In this document: positions 36,861 to 48,299 of the stretch, in pieces
Numbering within the stretch: position 1 is the first letter of the stretch
Layout: every line of letters begins with the position of its first letter
Assembly (NCBI GenBank): GCA_001600695.1
Contig: BCKQ01000004.1
Location: 43,770-101,320, forward strand
DNA from: Ascoidea asiatica JCM 7603
Taxonomy: Eukaryota; Fungi; Ascomycota
DNA: 57,551 nucleotides
Reading direction: 5' to 3'
Notes under the pieces: generated by a model
Database searches by the model: none
Seen by the model: only the letters and a program-made list of their open reading frames with translations
Told to the model about the DNA's origin: nothing
Position numbers and translations under genes: made by a program

Positions 36861-37272
36861 AAGTTTACCGCAAATCTAACTTGAACAATTTTAGTAGTAT
36901 TTTTAATAAATTCTAATAGGGTAATTTCTTTAACTTAATCCGCAACCAACTTGCTGAAATGGTACCATAGCACCGGTACTATTCCAGTACCAGCAGGTTC
37001 TCAGAAACTTTTTTCTTCAAAAAACAGGTCAGCTGATCATTTATTTGAACAGTATCTGATTTTCAACTTTTAAGATAATGCTACTTAGTAGTCTCACATG
37101 TTCCATCGTACACATCGCTTTATTAAAAGCTATTTCTTAAAGAGTCTCGATTTGACAAGTTGCAATATCATTTTCTGGTAGTAGAATATTTAAAATTCAA
37201 ATTTTTTTTATTTAAATTTTTTGATCATTTTCAAATTTTGTGGACTATTCTAATAATCAGTATTTAATAGCG

Positions 37273-40200
37273 ATGAATTCGAGTGACTTCGAAGAAAGTG
37301 AAAACTTCTCTTTAAAAGATAAGAAAAAAGATGGTTTATTAGTGTCGGATAATGTTGATATAAAATCAACTCAATTACTATTAGCAAGTTCTTCCTTTTT
37401 AAAGCCACATATATGGCCATTATTAACGTTATATCCCTACTTTTGTTCAATTTATTTCGATGAAATTAAATATCAGAAATATATTGGAGGCTCAGAATGG
37501 ACTTTTGTTTATTTAGCTGGGTTGTTTACTTTTCATGGTATTTTGTTCCTATTTCCATTTTGGTCTTTATCTTTTGACGCTTTCTTTAATTATAGAAAAA
37601 TAGACTCTATTGACAGAATTAATCAAGCATCACATATTTTCATTACTCCTGCAGATAATCACGGTTCCAGTGAAATAGTAAAAATTCATTCTAATACTGA
37701 GACGAATGGCTTGTATTTCAAATTTCAGAAGAGAAATTTTATTTTAGATCCTGTTCTTAAAAAGTTTTTACCTCCAATTTTTGATATTGATGAACAAAAC
37801 ACAACAATAGGAAAATTTAAATTATCCAAAGGGCTAAGTGATAAAACAGTAATTGAAAACCTAGTCACTAATTATGGTCGAAATAAGTTTGATATTCCTC
37901 TACCTTCTTTTTTAGATTTATTCATTGAACATGCTACTGCACCTTTTTTTGTTTTTCAGATTTTCTGTATTGGTCTTTGGTGTATGGATGAATTTTGGTA
38001 TTTCTCATTGTTTAATTTATTCATGGTAGTCTCTTTTGAATGTACCACCATATTTCAAAGGCGTTCTACTTTAGTTGAATTCAGATCTATGAGTGTTAAA
38101 CCTTATGAAATATTTGCCTATAGATCTGCTGAATGGATGAAAATAAATACTTATGATCTACTACCTGGTGATCTTGTTTCAATGACAAGGTCAGGAAATA
38201 CTGAAATCTCAGTTCCATGTGATCTTGTTTTAGTAAATGGCTCTGTAATCGTTAACGAGGCAATGCTTTCAGGTGAATCTACTCCTTTACTAAAGGAATC
38301 TATTGAATTAAGGCCCGACAATGATGCGTTTGATAAGGAAGGGTTGGATAAAAATTCTGTATTACACGGAGGAACCAAAATTCTACAAGTTAACAATAAT
38401 AAGAATTCTTATTCTAATATTCCACTTGCTCCAGACAATGGTGCGTTAGCAGTTGTCGCTAAAACCGGATTTGAAACTTCACAAGGTTCGCTTGTTAGAG
38501 TTATGATATTCAGTGCTGAGCGTGTGTCCGTTGGTAACTGGGAATCGTTTTTTTTTATTTTATTTCTATTGATATTTGCGATTATTGCTTCTTGGTATGT
38601 CTGGGTTGAAGGTTCAAAAATGGGTAGGGTTCAATCAAAATTAATTCTTGATTGCATTTTAATTATAACTTCTGTTGTGCCCCCGGAACTTCCTATGGAA
38701 TTGACAATGGCTGTGAATTCGTCTCTTGGTGCTTTATCAAAATTTTATATTTATTGTACAGAACCCTTCAGAATTACCTTGGCCGGTAGAATGGATGTAT
38801 GCTGTTTTGATAAAACAGGAACATTAACCGGTGAAAACTTGGTTTTTGAAGGTTTAGCTGGCTTAGAACCAAATAGCATTGACCGACTTTTTAAGTGCGA
38901 GGAAGCTCCAAATATTACAAAGTACATTCTTGGCTCTGCTCACGCACTCGTTAAATTAGATGATGGTGATACTGTCGGCGACCCTATGGATTTAGCTACC
39001 TTAAAAGCTGCTGGATGGGTTTTGTCTAATTCAATGAAGGATGTTATTGAAAAGGATATCAAGTATTTGTTCAAAAATGGAATCATTGATCAAAAGACAT
39101 TTGAGACTTTAGCCAAGCAGAAAAACAGGCCTCCTATTGACAAAATTACTACTTTAAGAAGATTTCAATTTACTTCTTCATTAAAAAGATCTTCTACAAT
39201 ATCAAAAATTGAGAAAAATAAAATATTAGTGGCTGTAAAGGGTGCACCTGAAACAATTAGTTCTCGATTGATTACTATTCCAGAAAATTATGAAAAGGTA
39301 TATAAATCGTTCACTCGTTCAGGATCTAGAGTATTAGCTTTGGCTTATAAGCTATTAAATGACAATATTTCAATCAATGCTCTTAATAATCTTCAAAGAG
39401 AAGATGTAGAAAATGGTTTAATTTTTGGCGGATTTATTGTTTTTCATTGCCCTCTTAAGGACGATGCTGTGGAAACAATTGAAATGTTAAACAATTCTTC
39501 ACATAGATGTGTTATGATCACCGGAGATAATCCTTTAACAGCTGTTCATGTTGCAAAAGAAGTTAAAATTGTCGAAAAGAATGTCTTGATTTTAGATTTA
39601 CCGGAGGAGCACCATATTTCTGTTAAAGAAACTGAGAAAAAAATTGATTTGACTTGGAGAAATATCGATGAGACTACTATTATTCCATTCAATACTGAAG
39701 ATAATATTGAAAGTAAATTTTTTACGGATTATGATCTTTGTATTACTGGTTATGCTTTAGATAAGTTAATTGAACACCCACAAATCATTGATTTAATCAA
39801 GCATACGTGGGTATATGCAAGGGTCTCTCCATCCCAAAAGGAATTTATCTTAACATCTTTAAAAGATTCGGGTTACAACACTTTAATGTGTGGAGATGGA
39901 ACTAACGACGTTGGTGCACTAAAACAAGCACATGTGGGAATTGCCTTATTAAATGCAACAAGTGATGGGATGAAAAAAATGCAAGAAAAAAGACGTTTTG
40001 ATTCAATGAAAAAAATTTATGAAAAACAATGTGATTTGATGACAAGATGGAATCAACCCATTCCTCCTGTCCCGCCATTAATTGCTCATCTCTATCCTCC
40101 TGGACCTCGTAATCCAAATTATTTGACAGCTATGGAAAAACAAGGTGTTACAATCACAAAAGAAATGAGAGATCTTGTTACGAAAGCAGCGCTTGAAAAG

Positions 40201-41088
40201 ATGCAAATTAAAGCATCTAGTCATAGTAAATCGAAGTCAGAGTTGAATGCATCTCAGATGGTTGAAAATTTGATGGGTTCTTTACAGGACGAGGGTGAAG
40301 AAGGTGAAGCACCTTCTTTAAAATTGGGTGACGCTTCTGTAGCTGCTCCTTTTACCTCAAAGTTGGGAAGTGTCTCTGCTGTTACAAATATTATTCGTCA
40401 AGGAAGAGTTGCTTTGATTTCTACTATACAAATGTATAAAATATTAGCGCTCAATTGTTTGATCAGTGCTTATTCTTTGTCAGTAATCTATTTAGCCGGG
40501 GTTAAATTTGGAGATGGTCAAGCCACTGTTTCCGGCCTAATGATATCGTCATGTTTTTTGAGTATCAGTAAAGGGAAACCAAAACAAAAGTTATCTAAAC
40601 AAAGACCTCAAGATGGTATCTTCAATATTTATATAATGGGGTCAATTTTGGGACAGTTTGCTATACATATTTGGTCTTTAATATACGTCACAATGGAAAT
40701 TTATAAATTAGAGCCTAGAAAACCTCAAGTTGACTTGGAAAAGGAGTTTGCTCCTTCTTTATTGAATACTGGAATATTCATCATACAATTATGGCAGCAG
40801 GTTTCTACTTTTGCAGTTAATTATATAGGGGAGCCTTTCAGAGATAATATGAAAGATAACCGCGGAATGTATTGGGGAATTCTTGGATGTGGTTTTATGG
40901 CTTTAGCTAGTGCAACAGAATTTATACCCGAACTAAATGCAGCAATTAAATTTGTGCCAATGTCAAACATATTCAAAGCAAAATTGGTTATGGCAATGGG
41001 TATTGATTTGGGAGGCAGTTGGATAGTTGAAAATGTGCTAAAGTATTATTATATGGATGACAAACCTTCAGATATTGCTCATGAATAG
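37273..41088 (+). CDS. SPF1: P5A-type ATPase, ER (1271 aa from the ATG at 37273)
   Basis: LSGESTP, PPELPMEL, CCFDKTGTLT, RFQFTSSLKR, MITGDNPLTA, MCGDGTNDVGALKQAH, LGDASVAAPFTSK. Confidence 0.98.
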   Translation: MNSSDFEESENFSLKDKKKDGLLVSDNVDIKSTQLLLASSSFLKPHIWPLLTLYPYFCSIYFDEIKYQKYIGGSEWTFVYLAGLFTFHGILFLFPFWSLSFDAFFNYRKIDSIDRINQASHIFITPADNHGSSEIVKIHSNTETNGLYFKFQKRNFILDPVLKKFLPPIFDIDEQNTTIGKFKLSKGLSDKTVIENLVTNYGRNKFDIPLPSFLDLFIEHATAPFFVFQIFCIGLWCMDEFWYFSLFNLFMVVSFECTTIFQRRSTLVEFRSMSVKPYEIFAYRSAEWMKINTYDLLPGDLVSMTRSGNTEISVPCDLVLVNGSVIVNEAMLSGESTPLLKESIELRPDNDAFDKEGLDKNSVLHGGTKILQVNNNKNSYSNIPLAPDNGALAVVAKTGFETSQGSLVRVMIFSAERVSVGNWESFFFILFLLIFAIIASWYVWVEGSKMGRVQSKLILDCILIITSVVPPELPMELTMAVNSSLGALSKFYIYCTEPFRITLAGRMDVCCFDKTGTLTGENLVFEGLAGLEPNSIDRLFKCEEAPNITKYILGSAHALVKLDDGDTVGDPMDLATLKAAGWVLSNSMKDVIEKDIKYLFKNGIIDQKTFETLAKQKNRPPIDKITTLRRFQFTSSLKRSSTISKIEKNKILVAVKGAPETISSRLITIPENYEKVYKSFTRSGSRVLALAYKLLNDNISINALNNLQREDVENGLIFGGFIVFHCPLKDDAVETIEMLNNSSHRCVMITGDNPLTAVHVAKEVKIVEKNVLILDLPEEHHISVKETEKKIDLTWRNIDETTIIPFNTEDNIESKFFTDYDLCITGYALDKLIEHPQIIDLIKHTWVYARVSPSQKEFILTSLKDSGYNTLMCGDGTNDVGALKQAHVGIALLNATSDGMKKMQEKRRFDSMKKIYEKQCDLMTRWNQPIPPVPPLIAHLYPPGPRNPNYLTAMEKQGVTITKEMRDLVTKAALEKMQIKASSHSKSKSELNASQMVENLMGSLQDEGEEGEAPSLKLGDASVAAPFTSKLGSVSAVTNIIRQGRVALISTIQMYKILALNCLISAYSLSVIYLAGVKFGDGQATVSGLMISSCFLSISKGKPKQKLSKQRPQDGIFNIYIMGSILGQFAIHIWSLIYVTMEIYKLEPRKPQVDLEKEFAPSLLNTGIFIIQLWQQVSTFAVNYIGEPFRDNMKDNRGMYWGILGCGFMALASATEFIPELNAAIKFVPMSNIFKAKLVMAMGIDLGGSWIVENVLKYYYMDDKPSDIAHE

Positions 41089-41392
41089 TTTTTTTTACTT
41101 CGTGTTTGAATTCTAGTGTAGATTAGTTAATAAAATGAAACTAAAATTTTTGAATTTTAAATTGCTTCAGGCCCTTTTTCAAAGGCCCGTAGGGATGGGT
41201 TATTGAAAATAGAGAACCCAAATATCCCGCTTATGTAAAAATTTAAAACTATTCTTAATTGGAAAATTAGTAGACACGGGCTTTCAAATTTATTAGCGTT
41301 TTAAATTTATAAAAAAAAGGCCTTACTTGAAATCTACAATTAAAAATTAAATTTCAAAAATACAAACTTTCAAATACTCAAAGTTAAAATCA

Positions 41393-42550
41393 ATGATGAC
41401 TAGCTTAAATTATTCAGATCATCTGGTACCCACAGAAGAATCATACGATTCAAAATTGAAAAAACTAAGATCTAATTGGAAATTCACATATATATATGAA
41501 TGGATATGTTTGTTTCATCCTTTTCTTAAACTTTCGAATTTTGGAAATTTTAATCTTTACAGTTTTGAAGAAGAATTAATAGAGCATGATCCAAGTTGTT
41601 CCCTGAAGTTTCTCAAATCTATTTACGAAGCTTTGATCAAATATTCTTCAAACCAAGCAATCAAAGATATTATCAATGATTATAGCGAAAAATCAAACTT
41701 CAATCTAGTTAAACTTAATGAATTGAATTTAGTTGATCAGCTTGAGATTATTTATAAAATAATTGAAAAGATATCAACAACCGAATCTTTTGACAACTTT
41801 TTAGAGAAAAGACTATTAGACAAAAGCTACGCAAGCGCGTTAACAAAAAAAGATGGTACATCTAAGGAATTTCTTATAACTGATATTAATAATAATCTTA
41901 GACTTAGTCCCATTTTGTCTGTAACCGTCAAAAAAACTGCTTTGTATGTAATTCAAGATTCTTATTTTATATTTCACGATAATAGATTACATAAGCGAAG
42001 GCTAACATTTGAGAAATCAGAAGTTAAATTTTCATGGCAATGTCTAACAACTTCATATGATGAATTGGTTCATTACTTATCCACTTTTAAAGGGAAAGAC
42101 TTCACCCCATATTTACCTGCTTTATTTGACAGAGATGTTCAATCAAAGAAAAACTACAATGCTTGCCAGAGAGAAAAAAGTTTGCAAAATTTGATTTTAA
42201 ATCGAAAAAGATCCAGTAGACTACAAGAAAAAGAAGAAAAAAGAAAGCAAGAAAAACTAAAACAAATGGAGGCACAAGAAAAAGAGAAAGAGCGAGCGCA
42301 CGAAACCAGATTCAACAAAAGGCAAAAGTTAATGGATAGAATTCAAGAAAAGAAAGCGAATAAAGAGAATGAAGATAATGAAGATAATAAAGATAATGAA
42401 GATAATGAAAGGTATGGAATTGATGAAAGTGAGGAAAATAATAAAATGGATAGAATAGGAGAAAGTGGTAATGGTAATCATGATCATATCAAGCTGCCAA
42501 ATGAATCATTTGTGGTTACAATAAAATGCCCACCCAAAACTGAGTTTTAA
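41393..42550 (+). CDS. Probable ISWI-accessory protein (DDT/WHIM-like, Ioc2/RSF1-like)
   Basis: LRSNWKFTYIYEWI...FEEEL (DDT-like), LVDQLEIIYKI (WHIM1-like), SYFIFHDNRL and WQCLTTSYDEL (WSD-like), NRKRSSRL plus coiled coil. Confidence 0.55.
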   Translation: MMTSLNYSDHLVPTEESYDSKLKKLRSNWKFTYIYEWICLFHPFLKLSNFGNFNLYSFEEELIEHDPSCSLKFLKSIYEALIKYSSNQAIKDIINDYSEKSNFNLVKLNELNLVDQLEIIYKIIEKISTTESFDNFLEKRLLDKSYASALTKKDGTSKEFLITDINNNLRLSPILSVTVKKTALYVIQDSYFIFHDNRLHKRRLTFEKSEVKFSWQCLTTSYDELVHYLSTFKGKDFTPYLPALFDRDVQSKKNYNACQREKSLQNLILNRKRSSRLQEKEEKRKQEKLKQMEAQEKEKERAHETRFNKRQKLMDRIQEKKANKENEDNEDNKDNEDNERYGIDESEENNKMDRIGESGNGNHDHIKLPNESFVVTIKCPPKTEF

Positions 42551-42647
42551 TTGCAGTTTACAATTATTTCTTATTGGAACATTGAACTATTCTATAAAAT
42601 CACATTTGCTTCAGAGGTATTATATAGAAATATACAAAAAAAATACA

Positions 42648-43122
42648 CTAGTTGTTAGTTCTGTATTTATAACCACATTTTGTACAAGTATAAAAGACAG
42701 TGGCCCCCTCATCTGCAGAACGTAATTGTAAGGTATGATATTCAGCTTGATTATGACTACATTTAGGACATGTTTCTTCTATGAGTGCCCCTTCTTGATC
42801 ATCTTTATTTATAACAGTTTTAACGATTGACCTTTTCAACCTCAAAGTCGACGGGAAATCTTCATCAGAGGATGTCGTGATAACCTTCAAATTTTTAAAT
42901 ACTTGTATTAGACAAAAAATGTAGTTAGTTTAGTGCTCCTTAGATATTGTAAAATGAAATAATATATTAATTTATAATTGTGAACTAAAAGATCGAAAGA
43001 TTCTTACATTTTGTTGGATACGATCTCAAACAACTCTGACAAGTAATCAGGGTTTGCTCGCCTACCGAATCCAATAGATTTCCACACCCAATACAAAATA
43101 TTAAACTACCAACTACAGACAT
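42648..43122 (-). CDS. RPA12: RNA polymerase I subunit A12.2; 2 exons 43122-43008 and 42901-42648, 122 aa
   Basis: Exon 1 MSVVGSLIFCIGCGNLL...CQSC; exon 2 ...CPKC...YHTLQLRSADEGATVFYTCTKCGYKYRTNN (TFIIS-like zinc ribbon). Confidence 0.96.
42902..43007 (-). other. Spliceosomal intron of RPA12 (106 nt)
   Basis: GTAAGA donor, AACTAAC branch, AAG acceptor; splicing restores YPTK-LFKNLKVITT in frame. Confidence 0.85.
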
Positions 43123-43622
43123 TTCTTAGATGCAAAATTATTTCCCTTTAGTTACCATTCAGATTCAGACTTTCATCTAGAATATATAAATATTTATCAA
43201 TGACAAAAATAGTCATCCCTGAATCCACTTTAACCTTTATCTTCAACTGCTTTTTTCTAAGGAAAAATATTTTCAAGAATGCACTTAACCCGTGACCAAT
43301 ACATATTAAATGCATCGGTTGGTAATGAAGGAATAAAAGATACTATCTGATTCCTTATTCAAATCCAAATTCAAAATCTCTTTTTCATTCGAGTTCTTAT
43401 TCGAGAAATCTTAATTGTACATTTTTCTTACTATCATCCTGGAAATTTTATACTCAGTAGTTTTTCGCTTCAAAAGTTTTATTTTAATAAGTTTCTATTT
43501 ACTTTGGTTTCATTTATTCATATTTTATTACAGTTGGTTTTTTTCAGATCAATCAATTCAAAAGCGTCTGAGCATTTGTACTTCCTGAATTTGGAGAGCT
43601 CTTTAAAATTATTTTGAGTAAA

Positions 43623-44741
43623 ATGATAAATCCTGATTCTGCTTCTGATCTTGGTTCTATTCACTTTATTGTTGATTCTTCTGCACTAGTCAAAGGCATT
43701 GGCAACATCAAAAGGTGGTCTGAAAGCTCAAAGAGGCATATTATATTCTTCCTTCCTTCTTATACTTTGCATGAATTAGATTATCTAAAAAAGGGAATTT
43801 CTATGATTGCAACAAATGCGAGAGAAAGTATCAAATTCATTGATAGGTTAGTAAGCGATGATAGCTTCAATGATTCTGATGAATTAAGTGTTTTTGGTTT
43901 CAATCAATTTCAACCCAATAATATCAAAACCTCAAATTTAAATTCAAATTCTTTATCGAAAAATGGGTCAAGGATTGAAATCCATCTTGAATCTCCAAAC
44001 GAAGCGGGTCCAAAGTGGAACCAATGTTCCAAATTTAAAATCCATTCTCCTTCAGTAGTTGAATTTCCAAATTTAAAAACATCTTTTCTATCAACATCAA
44101 TTAAGTATGAGTCTTCTACTATTGAGTCCTGTAACTCAAAATCAAATATCACTACAAGTAAAAAACCAGAAATTCCTTTAAGGTTAAGGTATTTAATTAG
44201 ATCAAGCATTAATAAGTTTTTTGTCGAAAATGGTATTAAAAATTTGAGAAGTAAGAAGTATACTGATAATTTAATCATTGATAAAATCTATGAGAAAAAC
44301 TCTTTCACAAATTGGTATTTATTAACGGAAGAACCAATAACTAATATATGGGCTAAATCTTACGGTTTAACAACTGTAAATATTCACGAAGCTGAGTTTA
44401 TTGTGAAATATGGAAAATTAGTTGGTAAAACTTTTTTGAATGAGTATTTTAGTCAATATTTCTCCCCCAATAGCTTGATGATTGATAAGGATAAGCTTGC
44501 TTCCTTTAGGGACCAATCTTCTAGAACAGAAGAAAATCAATATGAAAACCCCTCAAATTCTTCATGCTCAAAAACCAATTTTTATAACCAAAAAAAAATG
44601 AAACAAAATATAAATCTGACTGCAGATTTTAAAGAATTTATTATAGATGAAAAAGGTTGTAAAATAAATGAAGTTGTAAGAGAAAAATTTGAAACAATGA
44701 CATATGCTTCAAGAGGTTCTGGAGAGTTATGGGCACCCTAG
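43623..44741 (+). CDS. NMD4: PIN-domain nonsense-mediated decay factor
   Basis: FIVDSSALVKGIGNIKRW, PSYTLHELDYL, ARESIKFIDRL, C-terminal YASRGSGELWAP as in Nmd4. Confidence 0.92.
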   Translation: MINPDSASDLGSIHFIVDSSALVKGIGNIKRWSESSKRHIIFFLPSYTLHELDYLKKGISMIATNARESIKFIDRLVSDDSFNDSDELSVFGFNQFQPNNIKTSNLNSNSLSKNGSRIEIHLESPNEAGPKWNQCSKFKIHSPSVVEFPNLKTSFLSTSIKYESSTIESCNSKSNITTSKKPEIPLRLRYLIRSSINKFFVENGIKNLRSKKYTDNLIIDKIYEKNSFTNWYLLTEEPITNIWAKSYGLTTVNIHEAEFIVKYGKLVGKTFLNEYFSQYFSPNSLMIDKDKLASFRDQSSRTEENQYENPSNSSCSKTNFYNQKKMKQNINLTADFKEFIIDEKGCKINEVVREKFETMTYASRGSGELWAP

Positions 44742-45651
44742 TTGAAATCAGACTGTTATTTTTATCTTATTAAGGTTTCTGTTCTTTTCGATGATTTATA
44801 TTATTTCTCTACTATTTCTTTAATGATTTTCTAGTTTTTCATAACTAGTTCAATCAGTTATTTTTTACTTGAAAATGAATAGTAAATATAACCTTGAAAT
44901 GACTAATTTTCAATCATCTAAAAAATTGATATAGTTAGAGCCTTTTAAGAAGGAGAAAATTTTCCAAAAATTAGTACTGTTATTGTGTATTACACTTAAA
45001 TTTAATTAATTTTTTTCAAAAGAAGAATTGCTTAAGCATATCTAATTGAGAAGCTTTCAATAAGAAAACTGATTGAATATATATTTTTATAGGCTTAAAT
45101 AATTGATATATTTTATGGAATAATTTTTCTGACTTCATATGAGCATCCATACATTATTTTTTGTTTAAGAGTTCAGCTATTCTCTGAATGCAGAATGAAC
45201 GCTTGTTCGACTTTGAGTAGACAATTTACTTTTACTCCATTTCAATATAAGAGATATTATAAAGAAATAAAACTCGAGAGTTTCAAAAATTTAGAGAGCT
45301 AGCAGCTGCTAAATAATTTAAGACTGGGTTCTTTACGAGTCTGAAAAATTTAGAAAGAAAATTGTAGGGCTCAAAGAAAAAAGGAAACAAACAAAAAATA
45401 ATCTAATAGTTAATTGAAATATAATTATACGATATATTTGGATACACAGTAAATCATGGTGGCATCTCAGAGTTCTGCAAAAAAGTAAAAAAAAACTTTT
45501 TTCTCCCAGATAAAAACTGATTTAAACAAAAATGAAAAGTAAATTAAAAATACAAACTTGAAAAACGTGTAGGTATTTGACTTATTTTTGTTTTAATTTT
45601 GGTATAATTAGCAAATCACTATATAAACTATATGTATACCTCCTTTATATT

Positions 45652-47931
45652 TTATGTTTCATTCACTGCAGCAGATTTAAGTTCATGACTTTTAATTTTT
45701 TGATGATCATGATCTCTACGGTCTTTTAGAATTTTTAGCTCTTCATCCATTTTTTTTCCAGCAATATGGAGCTTTGCAATGTCATCATTGCAAAACTTTT
45801 GCTTTTGAATCAAAGCTGTTTTCCAATCACGGAAATTGTGTTCCCACATATTAATTACTTCATTGAACTTCTTAGTAAGTTGATATTTCTTATCTATTAA
45901 AATAGGATTTAATTCCATTAAGTATTTATCAACATGATCAAATGTGATTTTGTTTGCAATTTTCAGTGCCTCTAATCCATCATTCTCAGGTTCATATATT
46001 ACAGGGAATTGTAGTAAATGCATTGGGGAGGAGACTTTAGTAGTTTTAGATATTTCATTTATATTTTCATTGGTTTCTTGAATAGCGTGCGCTTTGTCAT
46101 CTATTTTAGCATCTTTCTTCAGGTTTCCGTTGGATTCACCATTTGAGGCTTCGCTAGAAGATTGATCATTTTTTGAAACTTTTCTAGAGGATTTTGAATC
46201 ATTGATTTTTTCTTTGGAGTGTAAAATTGAATATTGTTTAAGCCTCAGTTTATAAATCTCAGATCTATATTTTTCGTAATAAGTTTCAACACCTAAAATA
46301 AAATCAATCATATTATTAGCAATAAACAAATCTCTTAATTTGGAAAAATCCGAATAGTTTGGATTTTCTATATCTACAACCCCCCATTTATATTTTCTTC
46401 CTAAAATACTTTGATTCAGACTATAGTCTTCAGCCCCTATAACTGCGTAAGGAGAATCTAATTTTATTTGATTTAATAAGTCTTTATCTTGAATATATTG
46501 ACAAATTGGAATATTATAAAATTCAATGGATTTTTTGATTTTTGATTTGATATTAATCAATTCATTTGAAGTGAATGAATCAGCTTTTGAAATCAAAGGT
46601 ATTAAATTTAACCTGGAAGATATCTCTTTCATTGATTGAATATCTAAATCAGATAATCCATTATTCGAGGGATTTATAAAGTATAAACAAGCATGCAATC
46701 TTGAATCATTGAGTTTATTTCTAATTGGTTGAGATTCCTGAAACATATATAATCTATTTTGTAAGTCAATAAAATCAATAATTGGTACCCAGCAGTGTTT
46801 ATTATTGGTGAAATCACCAAAGCCAGGCGTTTCATATAAATTTAAATTAATATTGAAATTGTCTTCAGTTAAATCAGCATGAAAAGAGTTAATTTGAGTT
46901 ATTTTTGAAAAAGAAGTGAAATTTTGATGATTAATTGAATAATCAAATATATTTGACCGTAATAAGGTATTTATAAAGGTAGTTTTGCCTAGACCTGATT
47001 CTCCAACTAAAATAACATTAAATGTTGTACCTTTTTTGAAAGTAATATTCATTTTTTGTATTGGTAAAGAGTTTAAACCAATATCATTTAATTCACTAGA
47101 ATCATTGTAATAATGAGGACAGCTCGAATCTGAATAAACAACATTTTTGTCAATTTCTTCAATTGGTTTAATTTTGTTATATTCTTTCGCTTTTTCCAAA
47201 TCATTATTTGAGGAATCATTTGAATAAATAAGTGTATCAGTATTGTTATTCAAAATATCTGATTGAGATTGGGCGGTTGACTTTAATTCTAGTTCCAATT
47301 GAAATTGAGAATGCAATTCTGATCTCAACTTAAATTCAGACAAAGGTCGAGGTTCTTCTTCAGCCGGTTCTCGAAGCTGTTTTTGAGAAGGAGAATTAAT
47401 AGATTGTGATTGTGAATATGAATGTGAATGTGAATGTGAAGAAGAAGAAGAAGGTGATGGTAAGGTGGAACGAGATACTGGAGAGTTTGATTCAAATAAA
47501 TTTTTATTAGATTGAGAATCATTTGCTTTGAATTTAAGCTTCGTTGTGGAAGTTGCAGTTTGGTTAGAACTTTGATTAAATTTAATTTTGATTGAACTTT
47601 GAATTGGTAATTCATTATGTGAATTTGGGGATAAGTTTTTCAAAGTTGAAGACTTGGATAAATTATCATCATTTAAAGTATTATTGAGGTGATCCAAATT
47701 GGTAGTAGGATCTTCAATTACAAAATTTTTATAAAGTGATGAATTTTTAATTTCTTTTGATTGATCATTGAAAGGAATAGATTGAAGCATTTCAGGATTA
47801 TTGACAGTAAAGTAATTATCCATTAAATCATCGGTTGACTCAGAATTGACACTTTTAAGGGTTGAGTGATTTGAATTATAAGTTGCATTAATATAGCTCA
47901 AATTATCAACTGTATGATTTGGATTATTCAT
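45652..47931 (-). CDS. SPR3: Septin, sporulation-specific Spr3 type, with a long N-terminal extension
   Basis: G1 GESGLGKT, G3 ETPGFG, G4 SKAD, YMFQESQPIR, HACLYFI, GRKYKWGVVDIEN, C-terminal coiled coil; MSE cores upstream. Confidence 0.78.
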   Translation of the reverse strand: MNNPNHTVDNLSYINATYNSNHSTLKSVNSESTDDLMDNYFTVNNPEMLQSIPFNDQSKEIKNSSLYKNFVIEDPTTNLDHLNNTLNDDNLSKSSTLKNLSPNSHNELPIQSSIKIKFNQSSNQTATSTTKLKFKANDSQSNKNLFESNSPVSRSTLPSPSSSSSHSHSHSYSQSQSINSPSQKQLREPAEEEPRPLSEFKLRSELHSQFQLELELKSTAQSQSDILNNNTDTLIYSNDSSNNDLEKAKEYNKIKPIEEIDKNVVYSDSSCPHYYNDSSELNDIGLNSLPIQKMNITFKKGTTFNVILVGESGLGKTTFINTLLRSNIFDYSINHQNFTSFSKITQINSFHADLTEDNFNINLNLYETPGFGDFTNNKHCWVPIIDFIDLQNRLYMFQESQPIRNKLNDSRLHACLYFINPSNNGLSDLDIQSMKEISSRLNLIPLISKADSFTSNELINIKSKIKKSIEFYNIPICQYIQDKDLLNQIKLDSPYAVIGAEDYSLNQSILGRKYKWGVVDIENPNYSDFSKLRDLFIANNMIDFILGVETYYEKYRSEIYKLRLKQYSILHSKEKINDSKSSRKVSKNDQSSSEASNGESNGNLKKDAKIDDKAHAIQETNENINEISKTTKVSSPMHLLQFPVIYEPENDGLEALKIANKITFDHVDKYLMELNPILIDKKYQLTKKFNEVINMWEHNFRDWKTALIQKQKFCNDDIAKLHIAGKKMDEELKILKDRRDHDHQKIKSHELKSAAVNET

Positions 47932-48284
47932 TGTTGATTAATAAATTTAAATACTAAAATTGAAGCTGAGAGTTTTTTTTAAAAAAAAAGAAAACTAAGG
48001 AAGAAAATACTAAACTAAAGTTGAGGTTTATGAGTGATAAGCAAAAAATAAAATAGTTACAATTGGCACATTTTAAATGTGAGATCATTGATTGATTTCA
48101 GCAACACCCATATAGCTAGAAAGAATTAAGATATATGTCCATAACTAAAAAGAAGTAAAGTTCAATTTGATATGATATGATAGAAAAATATCATTCATCT
48201 TGAAACAGTAGATATTACAGGTTACATTGGGAAAACAGAAAATATACAGTAGAAACTGAATGTGCATTTGAAATATCTAAGTTA

Positions 48285-48299
48285 CACAAAACCACAAAA
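48285..48299. promoter_or_regulatory. Two tandem middle-sporulation element (Ndt80/Sum1) cores
   Basis: CACAAAA at 48285-48291 and 48293-48299, about 350 nt upstream of SPR3. Confidence 0.55.
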
